This document shows, piece by piece, positions 11,641 to 24,380 of a DNA stretch of 64,000 nucleotides (positions are counted from its first letter, which is position 1; the number at the start of each line of letters is the position of its first letter). Source of the DNA: Negaprion brevirostris (taxonomy: Eukaryota); contig JARDVH010000110.1 of assembly GCA_030324005.1 (NCBI GenBank), positions 2,379,642 to 2,443,641 on the forward strand. Direction: 5' to 3'. The position numbers and the translations under genes are program-made. The notes under the pieces were generated by a model. It did not search any database and was not told the origin of the DNA. It saw only the letters and a list, made by a program, of their open reading frames with translations.

Positions 11641-13039
11641 GTAAGGCCACTGGACGCGACATTTGCCCGATGCGAAACAGAGAACCACCCACAATTATAT
11701 TAACCACGGACAGTCAGCAGTACCGATTGAAGAGGAGAATTCAGGTTTTATGTACGTTTAAATGTTTGAATATTGTCGCCTTTACTGTAGTGAATGCAGA
11801 AGCAGGAACACTGTTCTGATCGAATTGTTTATGGTGATAAAATGGTTTATTGCGTAAACACGATTTCACCTTGCCCTGCGAGACAGATGGATCTGGGCCA
11901 ATCAATCGCCAGTTTTTACAGCAAGGGTTGCTGGAGATCTCCAACACGTTTGTCAAAATCGAGTGAAGCTACTGAAACTTGCCGGAGATGTGAAAAGGAG
12001 GCATTTTTTGGCCTGTCTTAAACTCAACCTTTGTTCGGGGAGCTGGAGAATGCAGACTTTCATAGTTTCATGGGCAAGTGACTAAACGAAGATAATATTA
12101 ACTGCTAACAATGAGCTGAACCCACAGTTTAACGATCAGAAACAGAGCTACCCGAGGTTCCACTGTTTGTCTTTACCCGGCGTTCTGCAGCATCTCAGAA
12201 CAGATCCTCCACTCATCCATTCCTTCTCAATCCTCCCTCTATAGATCATTTCCATTACTGGCAGACCTACTGCCTCCCTTTGATTATATCTTCATAAATC
12301 ATGTTGCACCCAACCAACTACTCGTTCCATCTGCGTAAATGGCGATGTGCCAATTGCTGCTTCTGTCGTGTTTCTGACCAGTAGTCTATTGAAGGTAATA
12401 TTAATTAGGGAGAGACATGGCTTCTTTCGGGTGAACAATCCAAAGAATTTTTCCTTGGCTGTGCAAACGTTTGTTATACCTTTCTAAAAGGAAGAAAGCT
12501 AAAGTCCATGTAAGTGTGCTAAAAGTAATGTTGGATAATAAACAGACTTGACAGCTCAATTTGTTCATTGACATGTTCCACATTTCACCTTCCCACGTTT
12601 GGATTTAGTCATATTCATTATTTATTTCTTTCGTGTCGGAGCTGGGTTTCGGAGTACAATGTCATTCCTTGGACCCCCAGGCAGCACTTGACCACGTGGG
12701 CTGAAAGGTAACTTAATGTGATTTTCTGCTTGTTGGATTTCGTTAACATTGATTCCGAAACGGAAACGTCAGCATCACACTGCCTAATGTGAAAGCAATA
12801 CCGTTAAAATTTGAAGCTGTCCTCAGGGCATGGGGTAAAACGCATGGCTGAGGTTCCATCTCAAGCACTCGGGGATAAACCATAACCACGTTTAAACAAT
12901 AAACGTACAACACATTTCATTAAAAAATTGCGAAGAGGCGTTTTCCAGGAAGGATGGAAGGAAACACATATGGAATTAAAACTAGTTTATTTCAAATATG
13001 TAAGCAATTGCCGTGTTTTGTTGGCGACGAGACAATGTA

Positions 13040-13260
13040 ATATTTTACTGAATAGAAAACCACACAATATTTTACCACATATTTTACGACATAATACTTC
13101 ATCGCATCTGTTTTCTGCGGACTGTTTTACCGCAGAATACCTTACCGCATGCTTTGCGGCATAATACTTCAACACATATTTTACGACATAATACCTTAGC
13201 ACATATTTTGTGGAGAATATCTTACCACGTACTTTACTACAGAATACTGTACCGAGAATA
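13040..13260. repeat. Degenerate minisatellite of 10/15-bp subunits (acataatacttc / catattttac / cagaatac)
   Basis: Tandem periodicity visible directly; related array in reverse orientation at 53450-53670. Confidence 0.75.
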
Positions 13261-13529
13261 AGAAAGAAGTTCAGTTATTATGTTCCGTGGCGACACTAAC
13301 AAGGACGGGGAGGGGGGGTGATCGATAAAGTAACCGTACTGAGAATTTATTTTTATAGATTGCGTCCTCAACCTCATGACGTGCGCAAACACTTTAAAAT
13401 TAATGAAAGTTTTTAAACATGGACACGTCGTGAAATTAAGAGCAAAATATTATAGGAAATGGCTGGGAATCGATGAAGGAGAGATGTTGGAGCGGGGTTT
13501 CAGCCATACCTTGAGTACAGTAGAATCAA

Positions 13530-14825
13530 AGATAGTTCTGACAGGTGGAATTAGACAATGGATTGATGGATTCCATCACCCAATTTCATTTACCCTTTAA
13601 CTTCCTTCTGAATTCATCAAGCACCAAGCACTCATCGACTAACGCAATCACCACGACAACTAAGTCCCTTCCTGGTGACTCTGCTGTTCTACCAATGAAG
13701 CCATTCTAGAGCGTTGCCGGCGGAGCCATGTTGCTGCAGGTCGGACCCTGAAGTGCCCGCGTTCGAGTGGTGATGTCCTCAGCAGTGGGTGCATTATTAT
13801 GCTGCGAAATGATGTCAAAACATTGAATACACTTAAAATTCAAGTAACTGACATGACATGAAACCAATCCTTTTCAATGTGAATGAAATTTCTCAATAAC
13901 TAATAATTCTGTGAAAACTTTGTTGTTTATTTTTGGCATTTCTGTCTTTCAAAGAATTAGACACTATATTTCAACATTATCAGAATCACTGAAGGTTGTT
14001 GGCACTTTTATGGGAGCTGATTGGCTCCGGATTTGAAGAAGGAATGCTTCTAATCTGTATAGCCACAGACCTCAAAACATTTTTGACCACGAGATCACTA
14101 CTTATACCCATGTGCCGTGACTCTACTTCCATTCAGTTTGGTCTTGTCCCTGAAGAAATTAATTGCCAATTCCTGATATTTGTCAGCTTCTGCTTCTGAC
14201 ACCACAGCTTATTTACCTATTGTGCATATATTGTCACTTCTAAGGCGGAGTCATTCCCTATCGTATGTATCCATCCCAGACCTTTTTCCAGAACCTTGAT
14301 AAGTTTTCATTCCCAGGTTCCTCTCCGAGCCCTGATGAAGAATAATTGTGTGAGCAGAATGCTGAATTGATTTTTATTTTCAAGCAGAACTTCCAAAATC
14401 CAGGCACTTCTCTGAGAAATAAATTAGCTGTTTTTTTTTGCATAGTCTTTACCAATGGTTTTAAAGCTCTGCCGGTTTGTCACCAAACAATACGCTTGCT
14501 GTTTTCCAGTGTGACCCTCAATGCCTCCCAGAATCTTAAATCCATCACTTAATACATCACCAAAGCATCTTTCTTCCAATCAGACCTTGGAACATCTTTT
14601 AACAATCTTTTCAATTTCATATTCACTGCCCCCTCAATATCCCCAATGCTAGTTTTAGGGACATTCATATTTGAAGAATGCTATCTGAAGAATTGTCCAC
14701 GGATGTTCCAGTTGAAGAATAAATAAAAACTGAAAGACTTTTAGCCGATATATTTGATTTAACATTGTCCAACTTCATTCAGAAATTCTGGCAACACAGG
14801 TCAATGTGGACAGCAAGGCTTCTCT
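13530..14825. repeat. Segmental duplication unit A, copy 2
   Basis: Colinear with 4672-6157, ending at gtcaatgtggacagcaaggcttctc. Confidence 0.9.
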
Positions 14826-14958
14826 GTCACTAGAGAGGTAGTGCTTGATAGACTAACGGGACTGATGGTGGACAAGTCCCTGGGACTGGATGGAATGCAT
14901 CCCAGGGTTCTGAAAGAAATGGCAGAGGTGATAGCAGATGCCTTAGTAATTATTTATC
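14826..14958 (+). mobile_element. CR1 ORF2 fragment
   Basis: VLDRLTGLMVDKSLGLDGMHPRVLKEMAEVIADAL, i.e. the CR1 KSPGPDGxHPRVLKE motif. Confidence 0.85.
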
Positions 14959-15304
14959 NNNNNNNNNNNNNNNNNNNNNNNNNNNNNNNNNNNNNNNNNN
15001 NNNNNNNNNNNNNNNNNNNNNNNNNNNNNNNNNNNNNNNNNNNNNNNNNNNNNNNNNNACATAATGCAATTGGCACCATGTTTTGCTTGAACTCCCAGAA
15101 TCCTTCACCCTGTGAATAGCGTTCACAGAGTTAACACATGTGAGAGGAGCCGGACGCGGTGTTGAAGAGACCCCAATTCAGGCCGGGGGGGAGTTGGCAG
15201 GAGAGGCGGGGACGGCAGCGATCGTCAGCATGAGATAACTCGAATTCTGAATCAAGACGTCCTCAGTTCAGACACAGAAGGAAAAACGGAAGTGTTCGTC
15301 AGCA

Positions 15305-15568
15305 ATGGAGACGGAAAGAGTATTGTCCACATGTTTTGACCAGGACTGTGGCGTTGTAAGTTCAGTGAGGAATAATGGTGACAAGATTGGAAAGTGTACA
15401 TGATTTGCATCCCCATTCAGGGTTTCAGGCATTCATGGAGTGTGCTCAGTTTGAACCACAAACCTGGTTCAATTTGGAGTGTCCAGGGAGTCCAGTTTGC
15501 ATTCGCGGATGACACCTGTTTTGCCAGGTCAAATTACTTACATGTCGAAAGAAATTGCGAGGATGACC

Positions 15569-15608
<40 letters not shown>

Positions 15609-17864
15609 CAATAATTCATCATATTATAGTTAGGAAACATTATTGTTTTGCTGATATTGTGGTACTGCTCTGGGTCTGGAAAATCGTCCCTCTAACCTTC
15701 CTTACATAGTCCAAAAATGTGCGGGCGGGGTTGATTAGCCTTTCTAAATTGCCCCTTAATGTCCCAGGAAGCATAGGTTAGTGGGATTAGTGGGGAAATA
15801 TGTGGGGACATGGAGATAGGGCCTGGGTGGGATTGCGGTTGGTGCACACTCGATGGGCCATATGACCTCTCTCTGCACTGCCGGATTTTATGATTCTTTG
15901 CACTGAACCAATTATACGTCATACTGGTGTATATTCTGATGGATGTGATTACCGAGCGGCCGGAGGGCATTTATCGTGAAACAATAGAAGGAATGACTTC
16001 TCAGTCTTTGGATTCACCAAAGATTTTCTTAGCACATGAATTACACTCATGTAGTTTTGAAAGACATTCTCTGCAATTGCACAACTTGTGAACAAACCAA
16101 CTCAGGGGACTGGACGCTTTAGCAATGTTTCTGCTCCCTTTCAGATTCTTATCAGCCTGTGGCCCGACCAAAGCTTGGAGATTCAGACCTTGATGTTGTT
16201 AATCTCCTCCCTCAATATGGTCAAAACTGAAAACTATAAACACAGGTGGAAAATTCTGGAAAAATTCCGAGGGTCTGACAGCATCTTTGGAGGGAAAAGA
16301 AAGGTAATGTTTCTCTTCGAGTCCCGATGTCTGTTGCCCAGAACTAAATGAAAATCTGTCAGGGAAACAATCAATGATTTGACAATCTGGCCCACCACGA
16401 TTTGTAAGTTTCTTTAAACAAGAAGAATTTAGATGATGTTTTGCATGATGACGATATATATGAGAACACAGGTTTCTCAAGCAATTATTTCATCTTCCTC
16501 AATAGTTCCAGTTCCAAGCTAAAAGGGTCAGATTTACCGCCTCATTGATTGATTACTCTCATATCAATGATTTGTTTTGCAAATATCAAAGCTTGGGTGG
16601 TCTGGCTATGTATGCACAGGGCTTACATCTCCTTTCAATCTATAGGTCTCCTCTCTCTGTCTGAAGCCTGATTGGAACAAGTTCTGTCTTAAAATCCTGG
16701 GAATAATGCTTTTCAGTAGAATCCCTAGAAGGCACGGTTTTACGCGTTCCCTCTAAGTTGAGAAAAGTTGCATTCTGAGTGAGGCGTCTTCATTAACTTT
16801 GAAAAGCACTGTTCAGATTTAGGGCAACTTAATTATGTCTTCCATTCCCATTATTTATCTACCTTCTAACTGCTTTTCATAAATATTTTTCAGTTGCCAA
16901 TCTGCTCTTCTCCCGTTTTTCTTACCCTTTTTTTTCCATTTTGTTTCTCACTTTATTGAAATTTGACCTCTCCCTTTGTCTTTTTTTCACCACAGTTCCT
17001 CCGATCTTTCGAGCGCTCCCTTTCTGTTCTCTTTTCTCTTTAGCTTTAGATTTGATCTCGCACTCTCTTTGCTCTATGTCTCATTATCTGTCACTACTCT
17101 GCTTCCAGTTCATTCTTAATTTCCCACCTTCACTACAGTAGTGTCTGCGTCCAACTCTGGCCCGAGCTTTCTCTCTTTCTGCCCATCAGAGTTTGATCAA
17201 GTAGTGCCGTTGTATGCTTTATTATTAATTGATGGGACCTAGGTGTTGCTGGCTGGCCAGTATTTATTGTCTATCTCTAGTTACCCGAGGCAGTTGAGAG
17301 TCAAACATATTGACATGTGACAATAGAGCCACAGCAGTCAGAGCACGCAAGGACGGTGGATTTCCTTTCTTAAAGAAAATGAGTGAGCCGGCAATGGTTT
17401 CATGGTCATCAATAGATTCTTAATTCCACATTTATTTATTGAATTCAAATTCCAATTGCTGCCGTGACGGGATTCGAACCAGGTCCACAGATCGTTAGCT
17501 GACTTTCTGGATTAACTGTATATCCCGATAATACCATTAGGCTACGGTACCCTGGTAATCAAAAGTTATTGATCACATTATCCTTGCATCAGGGAAATGG
17601 ACTTTCGAAAAGTGACAGGCGCCATTGTTCACAGAAATGAAGCCTCTGCATTGTACAATGTAATTGCTGGATTTGGCCTCTTCCAGGTTTTTACGAGGCT
17701 GCACACTCGGACAGTCACAAGTGATGACCGTGCATAGAAGTTTTCTGCATAAACAGAGTCATAAACTGTACAAACAACCAAAATGCCCGAACGCCTACAC
17801 TGACGTTTATCCAGTATGTAAGGATGCAGAATATCGGGAACATTTTATCCAACTTGCAGAGCAG
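15305..17864 (+). CDS. Putative unidentified spliced gene 5' part (exons 15305-15355, 15421-15527, 17687-17864)
   Basis: Three GT-AG-bounded, phase-compatible (0, 2, 0) stop-free segments give a 112-aa ORF; ATG in good context (gcaATGg) after a GC-rich stretch; second donor (gtcaaa) is weak. Confidence 0.4.
15571..15606. repeat. (TG)n microsatellite
   Basis: Perfect TG run. Confidence 0.95.
15700..15895 (+). mobile_element. 5'-truncated HE1-like SINE
   Basis: agtccaaaaatgtgcgggcggggttgattagcc...aaattgcccc...gggcctgggtgggatt...tgattc matches the 3' half of the SINE at 48458. Confidence 0.8.
17230..17545 (-). mobile_element. SacSINE1-like (DeuSINE) element
   Basis: The reverse strand has a tRNA-like head (ggttcgaatccc), ggaatttgaattcaataaa, gaccatgaaacc, ccgtcctt and an aataaa..ctggccagccagcaac tail. 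Confidence 0.7.
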
Positions 17865-17949
17865 GTTGAGGGATTGGTGCATTCATGGAGAGGTCGTACC
17901 AGTACCATCTACAAAGAAGTGGGAAGTGGACGATCTGGCATCAAGGAGC

Positions 17950-20030
17950 GGAAAACCCCAACCATTGCATTAGTCTTTCCCTCCTGTCTCCTCCTGAGGC
18001 CAAAAAAGGCCACCGTGAGAAGGTAAACGTGAAGGTAACAGTTTTATAATTTTTCACAAATAATTTAATTGGTTCTGGAAATGTTAGTCAGTGGGGTATT
18101 AATGTGGCAATTGTGAGGTGTGGGGGATCCGTGACGTTGGGACAACTATGTCTGCCGGAAGTGCAGCCAATTGCAATTCCTTCCAGACCGCATGGATAGT
18201 CCATTGGAGCAACGGTTGGATGCGGTTCGGAGCATGAAGGTGGCGGATAACGTCATAGGAAGGAACTTTAGGGGCGTGGCCACACCAAGGGTTCAGGCAG
18301 ATAGATGGGCGACAGCTCGAATAGGCAGGCAGTCAGTATAGGGATCCCTTGTGGTCATCCCCGTTTCTAACAAATACACCGGTTTGGAAACTGTTGGGCC
18401 TATCAGTGGATCACAGCAGCAGCAGCCAGAGCAGTGGCACCGCGGCTGGCTCTGTTGTTGAGCAGGGAGGGACAAAGAGCAGTAGAGCAATAGTTAGAGG
18501 GGACTCTATAGTTAGAGGTACAGATTGGCATTTTTGTGGACCTGAAAGAGACTCCAGGATGGTCTGTTGCCTCCCTGGTGCCAGGGTCCAGGATATCTCT
18601 GAACGGGCGGAAAATGCTGTGAAGGGAGTCACTGAGCATCCAGAGGCCCTGGTATATATTGGTACTAACGACATCGGCACGAAGAGTGACGTGGTCCTGC
18701 AGCAGCAGTTTAGGGAGTTAGGGAATAAGTTAAAAAGCAGGACTGTAAACTCAGGATTACTGCCTGCGCCACGTGCTAGTGAGGGTAGAAATAGGAGGAT
18801 ATTGCAGCTCATCACGTGGATAAATAGCTGGTGTAGGAAGGAGGGTTTCAGATATCTGGGCCATTGGAGTCTTTTCCGGGCAATTGGGACCTATACAAGA
18901 AGAACAGATTGCTCCGAAACTGGACAGGCATAGATATTCTGGCCGTGGGGTTTTCTAGTGGCACACAGGAGGATTTAAACTAATTTGGCAGGGGGTGGGA
19001 ACTAAAGCAAAGAGGAAATTGCTTTAGAGGAACCAGAGGGTAGGGCCAACAAGACTCAGAGAAAGAAGAGGCAGGATGTAGCTGCTAATCAATGACGGTC
19101 TAGTGGACGGTAGTGCATTTGTTTCAATGCGAGAAATGTAACAGGTAAGGCAGGTGAACTTAGAGCTAAGGAGCTGTGATGTTGCTGCCATTATTGAAAC
19201 TTGATGGGAAGGACAGGTTTGGCAGCTTAACATTCCAGGAGACATTCCCGTTGTTTCAGGCGGGATAGATGGGATGTAAACGGGGTGGGGAAGTTGCACT
19301 ACAGTTTCAGGAGAATATCACAGCTGAACTGTGGATGGACACCTCGGAGGACACATAGAGTGAGGCAATATGGGTAGAGATCAAGAATAGAAAAGGAGTA
19401 GTCCCAATGTTGGGGTTTTACTATAGCCACCCAACTGCCAGCGGGAGATCGAGCAACAGATATCTGGCAGATTTTGGAAAGCTGTAATAGTAACAGGGTT
19501 GTTGTGGTGGGAGATTTTCATTCCCCTTATATTGACTGGGACTCAGACAGTGCTATTGGCGTGGATGGGGCAGAGTTTTTAAGGAGCATCCAGGAGGCCA
19601 TCTTGAAACAATATGTAGATAGTTCAACCATAAGAGGGATATACTGGATCTGGGGAATAAGGCCAGCCAGGTGGTCGATGTTTCAGTAGGGGAGCAGTTC
19701 AGAACCAGAAGCCACAATTCATAAGCTTTAAGNNNNNNNNNNNNNNNNNNNNNNNNNNNNNNNNNNNNNNNNNNNNNNNNNNNNNNNNNNNNNNNNNNNN
19801 NNNNNNNNNNNNNNNNNNNNNNNNNNNNNNNNGTGAGCCCAGTCAAAGAGAAAAAAAAAACATTTTTCAAAGCCAAGAGGCTGGGGATTCACAGAGCAAG
19901 TGTGGAATAAAGGGAAAGTCGAAAGAAACTTAATCAATGAGTAAGGACATGTAAAAGGGGTCATGAAAAAGCATTGGCCAGCAGGATTAAGGGGAATCCC
20001 AAAGCTTTTTATACATATATAAAGAGCGAG
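17950..20030 (+). mobile_element. CR1 LINE 5' half: ORF1 (zinc finger + SGNH esterase) and ORF2 AP endonuclease, degenerate
   Basis: AIVRGDSIVRGTD...CCLPGARVQD...IGTNDI esterase motifs; downstream VVVGDFHSPYIDW endonuclease motif. Confidence 0.9.
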
Positions 20031-21417
20031 AAACTCTATCCATATATCTGGAATTGGTAGCAATTAAGCATTTCTCCAATATCTATTTTAAAGAGTATTT
20101 CTTTACAGCTGTATTTATTGCTGATTCTGATTTTCGGCTTCCTAGAGCGTCTGGTTTTAAAGCTCACAGGTAAAAAAAAAAATCTTCCAGTTTCCCCTGC
20201 TGAATCCAGCCACCTCGTGCTCCATGTGGGCATTGGTGTTCCTCTGAACAAATGCAGTTGGGACTGAGCTGCAGCATACATTCAAGCAGAACAGAGGATT
20301 AGGCAACCTAAATCTGCACGGGGTGTGGGACTGTAGTCAAAGTGCACCTGGCTGTATAACACGGCGAGAAATTGGGCAGAGGCTGAAGTGAGAAATTATG
20401 TAAAGATGGGGGAGAAAGGGGTATTGTGCCCTCCCAGCCCGATATTTCATACGAGACAACCAGCGTACCTAATACAGAGGGTATAAAATCCTTCCTTCAA
20501 TGCCGAGATGGTAATAAACGTGACCACTCCCTTCAACAAGAAGTGAATCCTGACAACAGGATGGCGGCGATGTTGTGCATGCTCATTCAGGTCTGGAATT
20601 GAGGAGCTGATCTTCGTCATGGTGGCCAAGAAATGATCTTCAATTTTGATTCAAGAGGAAAACTCCTTTTGGTGCGGGAATGTAATTTGTGGAACAAAAT
20701 CTGCCATCGTTACGCGGGCTGGCCTCCAAGTGACGACTGTTTGATGCACAGTGGGTATAAGTACTGGTTTCATTCGTGTATTGTTGGCTCATATCCGGCT
20801 AAACGTTTCCTATCCATGGACCCGGTAAAATGCTTTTTAAATGCTGTTCTCACGTTTCTGAATCGGCCTATGTAGGTGTGTTAATATTTAAGATAGAACC
20901 ATTAAAAAAAGGGAGTTGGGGAAGCCCTTCAACCCTTCGTGCCGACTCTGTCATTCTGTGGTAATAAATTCCACCAGCTTTAACTGTTGAACTTTTGTTT
21001 GTTTTGTATTCCACATTTGGTAAAAAAAAAGTGATGTTTAACATTTAGTTTGTTTTTTTAAAAGCAAAAGGAAACCTGTGATTTTTGTTAAGGGTAAATA
21101 CATTTGTTGTGAATTAAATAATTATCCTCTGTAGAATTCAATGGAGAAATTGGAAAAAAAAGGAGAACTTACACCACAATATGCCCCCATCGTTCACCTT
21201 CCTGTCACCTGTAAATCCTGCCTATCAACCTGATTCCTTCACCTTTCCTGAGTTGTCCAGTTATTCAGCCAGCTCCTCTGAAAGTATTGATTTCCCCCTC
21301 CTCTCCTGACTTTATTACTTAATCGATGCCCTCTCTAATTCCAATTATGCCTCCATCAGGTAAGATAATCTCCAGGCTGATGCTTAATTTCATTTATTTT
21401 ATTTCCCTTCCTTACAG

Positions 21418-22331
21418 TGAATGTAATCACAATTGTGGTTCTGAAGTGTAGAGATTGTGGTCTGTCCAAATGTATCACTTGTTACCTGGTGGCCATGTCA
21501 ACGGGCGATCTACTGGTCATTATCCTCGATCTGATATTGAGACACATTCCCATTTTCTTTGATAAATATTTTGTTTTCCTGCTTCCCATTCAAATGTGCA
21601 ATATCCATCCCTCCCTGCTTTATGCCGCCACTGACTGCTCTATCTGGTTCACCATCTCTTTCACCTTTGATCGTTTTGTGGCCATTTGCTGCCCGAAGCT
21701 GAAAATTAAATATTGCAGCGAGAAAACAGCGACTGTGGTTCTCGGAACGATAGCTTTACTGAGCTGTTTAAAGAACAGTTTCTGGTATTTTATGTTCACA
21801 GGTCAATATTGGCTGAAAAATATTCCCTGGTTTTGTGATGTCAGAGGGAATGTTGAGGAATCTCAATTCTGAGTAATAATCGAGTTCATCCACAACATTT
21901 TAAACCCGTGTACCCCATTTGTCCTGATTCTGCTTCTGAATATTTTCATCATTAGGCACATTGTAGTGGGCAGCAAGTCACACAAGAGACTCTGGGCTCA
22001 CAGCAATGTGGAAAGAACTAAAGATTCAGAGATGGAGAGTCAGAGGAAATCTGTCATTTTACTCCTTCTTATCTCAGCCAATTTCATCCTCTTATCTTCG
22101 CTGTCGATGCTTTATTCTATATGGAGCCGGATGGTTAATTTGGGTTATCGGTCCATACAGTTAAGTTGGGTTGTTCTGGAACGGGGTTACATGCTGCAGC
22201 TCCTAAGCTGCTGCACAAACACTGCAATTTATGTGGTGACACAAACTCAGTTTAGAAAACAATTGAAGAATATGCTGAAGCATTCCTTTACTCGAAATTT
22301 CAACTCACACTCTAATTTTACATGTACGTAA
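21418..22331 (+). pseudogene. GPR139-like class A GPCR, main coding exon with one in-frame stop
   Basis: Acceptor tttcccttccttacag; CGLSKCITCYLVAMSTGDLLV, TDCSIWFTISFTFDRFVAICC, PFVLILLLN, MLQLLSCCTNTAIY motifs; ORFs 21417-21872 and 21966-22331 share a frame and are separated only by TGA at 21870-21872. Confidence 0.88.
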
Positions 22332-22769
22332 CATTTCCAAATATTCATCAACAAATTCTAACATACTGTTTGCGCACCCAGAGAACAGAGCCACCAATTC
22401 TATTTCTATGGCTGCTCTGCCATAATCAATTTTTTGTCCATCACTTTGATTGGAGAGAAATATCCAACTCCAGGCCGTGGACCCCTGCTGTTCACCAGTC
22501 TGAAATTCCTTCATCTCATCTCTTAACATCAGTAAGAATTGCAGAATCATTGGCCAATCTTCCTGCCCATCATTCAGATGTTTGATACTGATTTTGAAGC
22601 ATTCAGTCATGTGATACATGCATCACGAGCCAGGCCACAATTCATCCATATCTTCCCTTGAAATGATGGTGAATGGCCTTCTTTTTGAACTGCAGCAACC
22701 CATTGAGTGCAGGTCATGTCTCAATGCTATTTTGGNNNNNNNNNNNNNNNNNNNNNNNNNNNNNNNNNT

Positions 22770-23635
22770 GAACATTGTCGTTTGTAGTATATATTAATGG
22801 TCTGGAGGAAAATGTGGCTGGTCTCATTATTAAGTTTGCAAATGACACAAAGATTGGTGGAGTTGGTGATAATGCTTGGGATTGTGAGGATGTAGATAGA
22901 TGGGAGGCTTTGGCCCAAAACTGGCAGTTCGAGTTGGAGGATCAAATTTACTAGTGAATTATATTACAAATGGCAGAATAGTTAGGACAGTTAACGTCCA
23001 GAGTGATCTGGGCGTGTGTGTCTACAGTTCCCTGAAGTGGAAACGCAGATGGCAAAGTTGATTAAAGAGGCATATACAACTTTTACCTTCATTGGCCGAG
23101 GTATTGAATGTAAGAGTTGGTAAGTCATGTTGCAGCTATATAAAACCCTGGTTAGTCCGCGTTTGGAGTATTCCATGCAGTGCGCGTCCTGTCAGAAGGA
23201 CGTGGAAGCTTTGGAGAAAGTGTAAAGAATGTTCGCCAGGATGTTGCCTGACGCTGAGGGGAGGCTGAAGGAAAGACGAACGATGAGGTAAGACCTGATA
23301 CACTTCTACAAAATTACCGGAGGCAGAGAAAGCGTGGATAGTCAGAGGCCCTTTTTTTTCCGAGGGCGGACGTGTTAATTACAAGGGGGCACAGGTCTAA
23401 GGAGAGAGGGGGATAATTTAAGTGAGATGTGCGGAGAGAGATTTTTCACTCAGAGCATGGTGGGTGCGTGCGTGGAACGCGTTGCCACAGAAGGTTTAAT
23501 AGGCTTTTGTATGGCTACATAAATAGGGATGAAACAAAAGGATATTAACAGTTTAAGAGTGGAATTTTTTTCGAGTTGTTAGGGCGTTGTGATCAGCACA
23601 AGCTTGGAGGGCCGAAGGGCCCGTTGCTATGCTTT
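22770..23635 (+). mobile_element. CR1 LINE RT 3' part and tail, degenerate
   Basis: KFANDTKIGGV, LYKTLVSPRLEY motifs; tail ggagggccgaagggcccgttgct. Confidence 0.9.
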
Positions 23636-23663
23636 GCTTTTCTTTTTCCTCCTTTCTCTTTTT

Positions 23664-23719
23664 GGTAGCGCATCAGATTTTAGTCTGAGGGTCTAGGATT
23701 CAAATCCCTGTTGGGGGCT
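23664..23719 (+). pseudogene. tRNA-Lys(TTT) pseudogene (5'-truncated) with array-type 3' flank
   Basis: ggtagcgcatcagattttagtctgagggtctaggattcaaatccctgttggggg followed by tttaaatctccattctc...cgagtca, the inverted equivalent of the 7.9-10.9 kb flanks. Confidence 0.8.
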
Positions 23720-24311
23720 TTTTTAAATCTCCATTCTCGTTTCGAGTCAGTGTTTCATAGCACTGAGTGAATCCTTTGGTCACATCGTGTCAGTCCCGGC
23801 TATTCAAACCAGTGTGTATTCAAATCCAGTATTCAAAGATTTGTCTCTCGGCCCTGTGTGCTATGACATTTCAAGTGTTCTTCTTAATGAATAATGACAT
23901 TCCAGAACACGCCAGGAATTCATGCTTGTGACTTCTAATTCTTATCCGAAAGGATTGCAATATTTCGATTTCCTTTGAAATAAATCGTCTTTTTCATCTC
24001 GTATTGTTCGTAGCTCTATGGAATTAAGTTCTGAAGTTTTGAATTTCATCCAGAATCAGTGAGCGATGCTATGTTAAAAGGATTTCCATGATGTCGAAAC
24101 GTAACATTTTAAGAGAATGCAATTGGTTCTACGGCACTTAAAATTGAAATACATTTAATTCAGTGATGCTTGTAGAAATCATGCTGAAATTTTGCAAGCA
24201 TAAAAAAAGGGCTTAGAAATTCCTTCCAAATGGACGCACAGGAAACTGTGTTCAATGAACGAAATACAATCCCAAATTGAATTTGTATAACCAACAACGG
24301 GTGTCAAGGAG

Positions 24312-24380
24312 GGTTCCATCGTGTAAAAACGAATAATTTTTAAATGCAGAACGTGTTGGATTCGAGTCCCAGTGGCACCA
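24312..24380 (+). pseudogene. tRNA-Val(TAC)-derived pseudogene
   Basis: ggttccatcgtgta...gcagaacgtgttggattcgagtcccagtggcacca resembles GGTTCCATAGTGTA...GCAGAAGGTCCTGGGTTCGAGCCCCAGTGGAACCA. Confidence 0.6.

Noticed and set aside
20232-20249. IGVPLN peptide as exon 1 of the GPR139-like gene
   Set aside because: No splice donor at the expected position and no preceding YYP-type TM1 sequence
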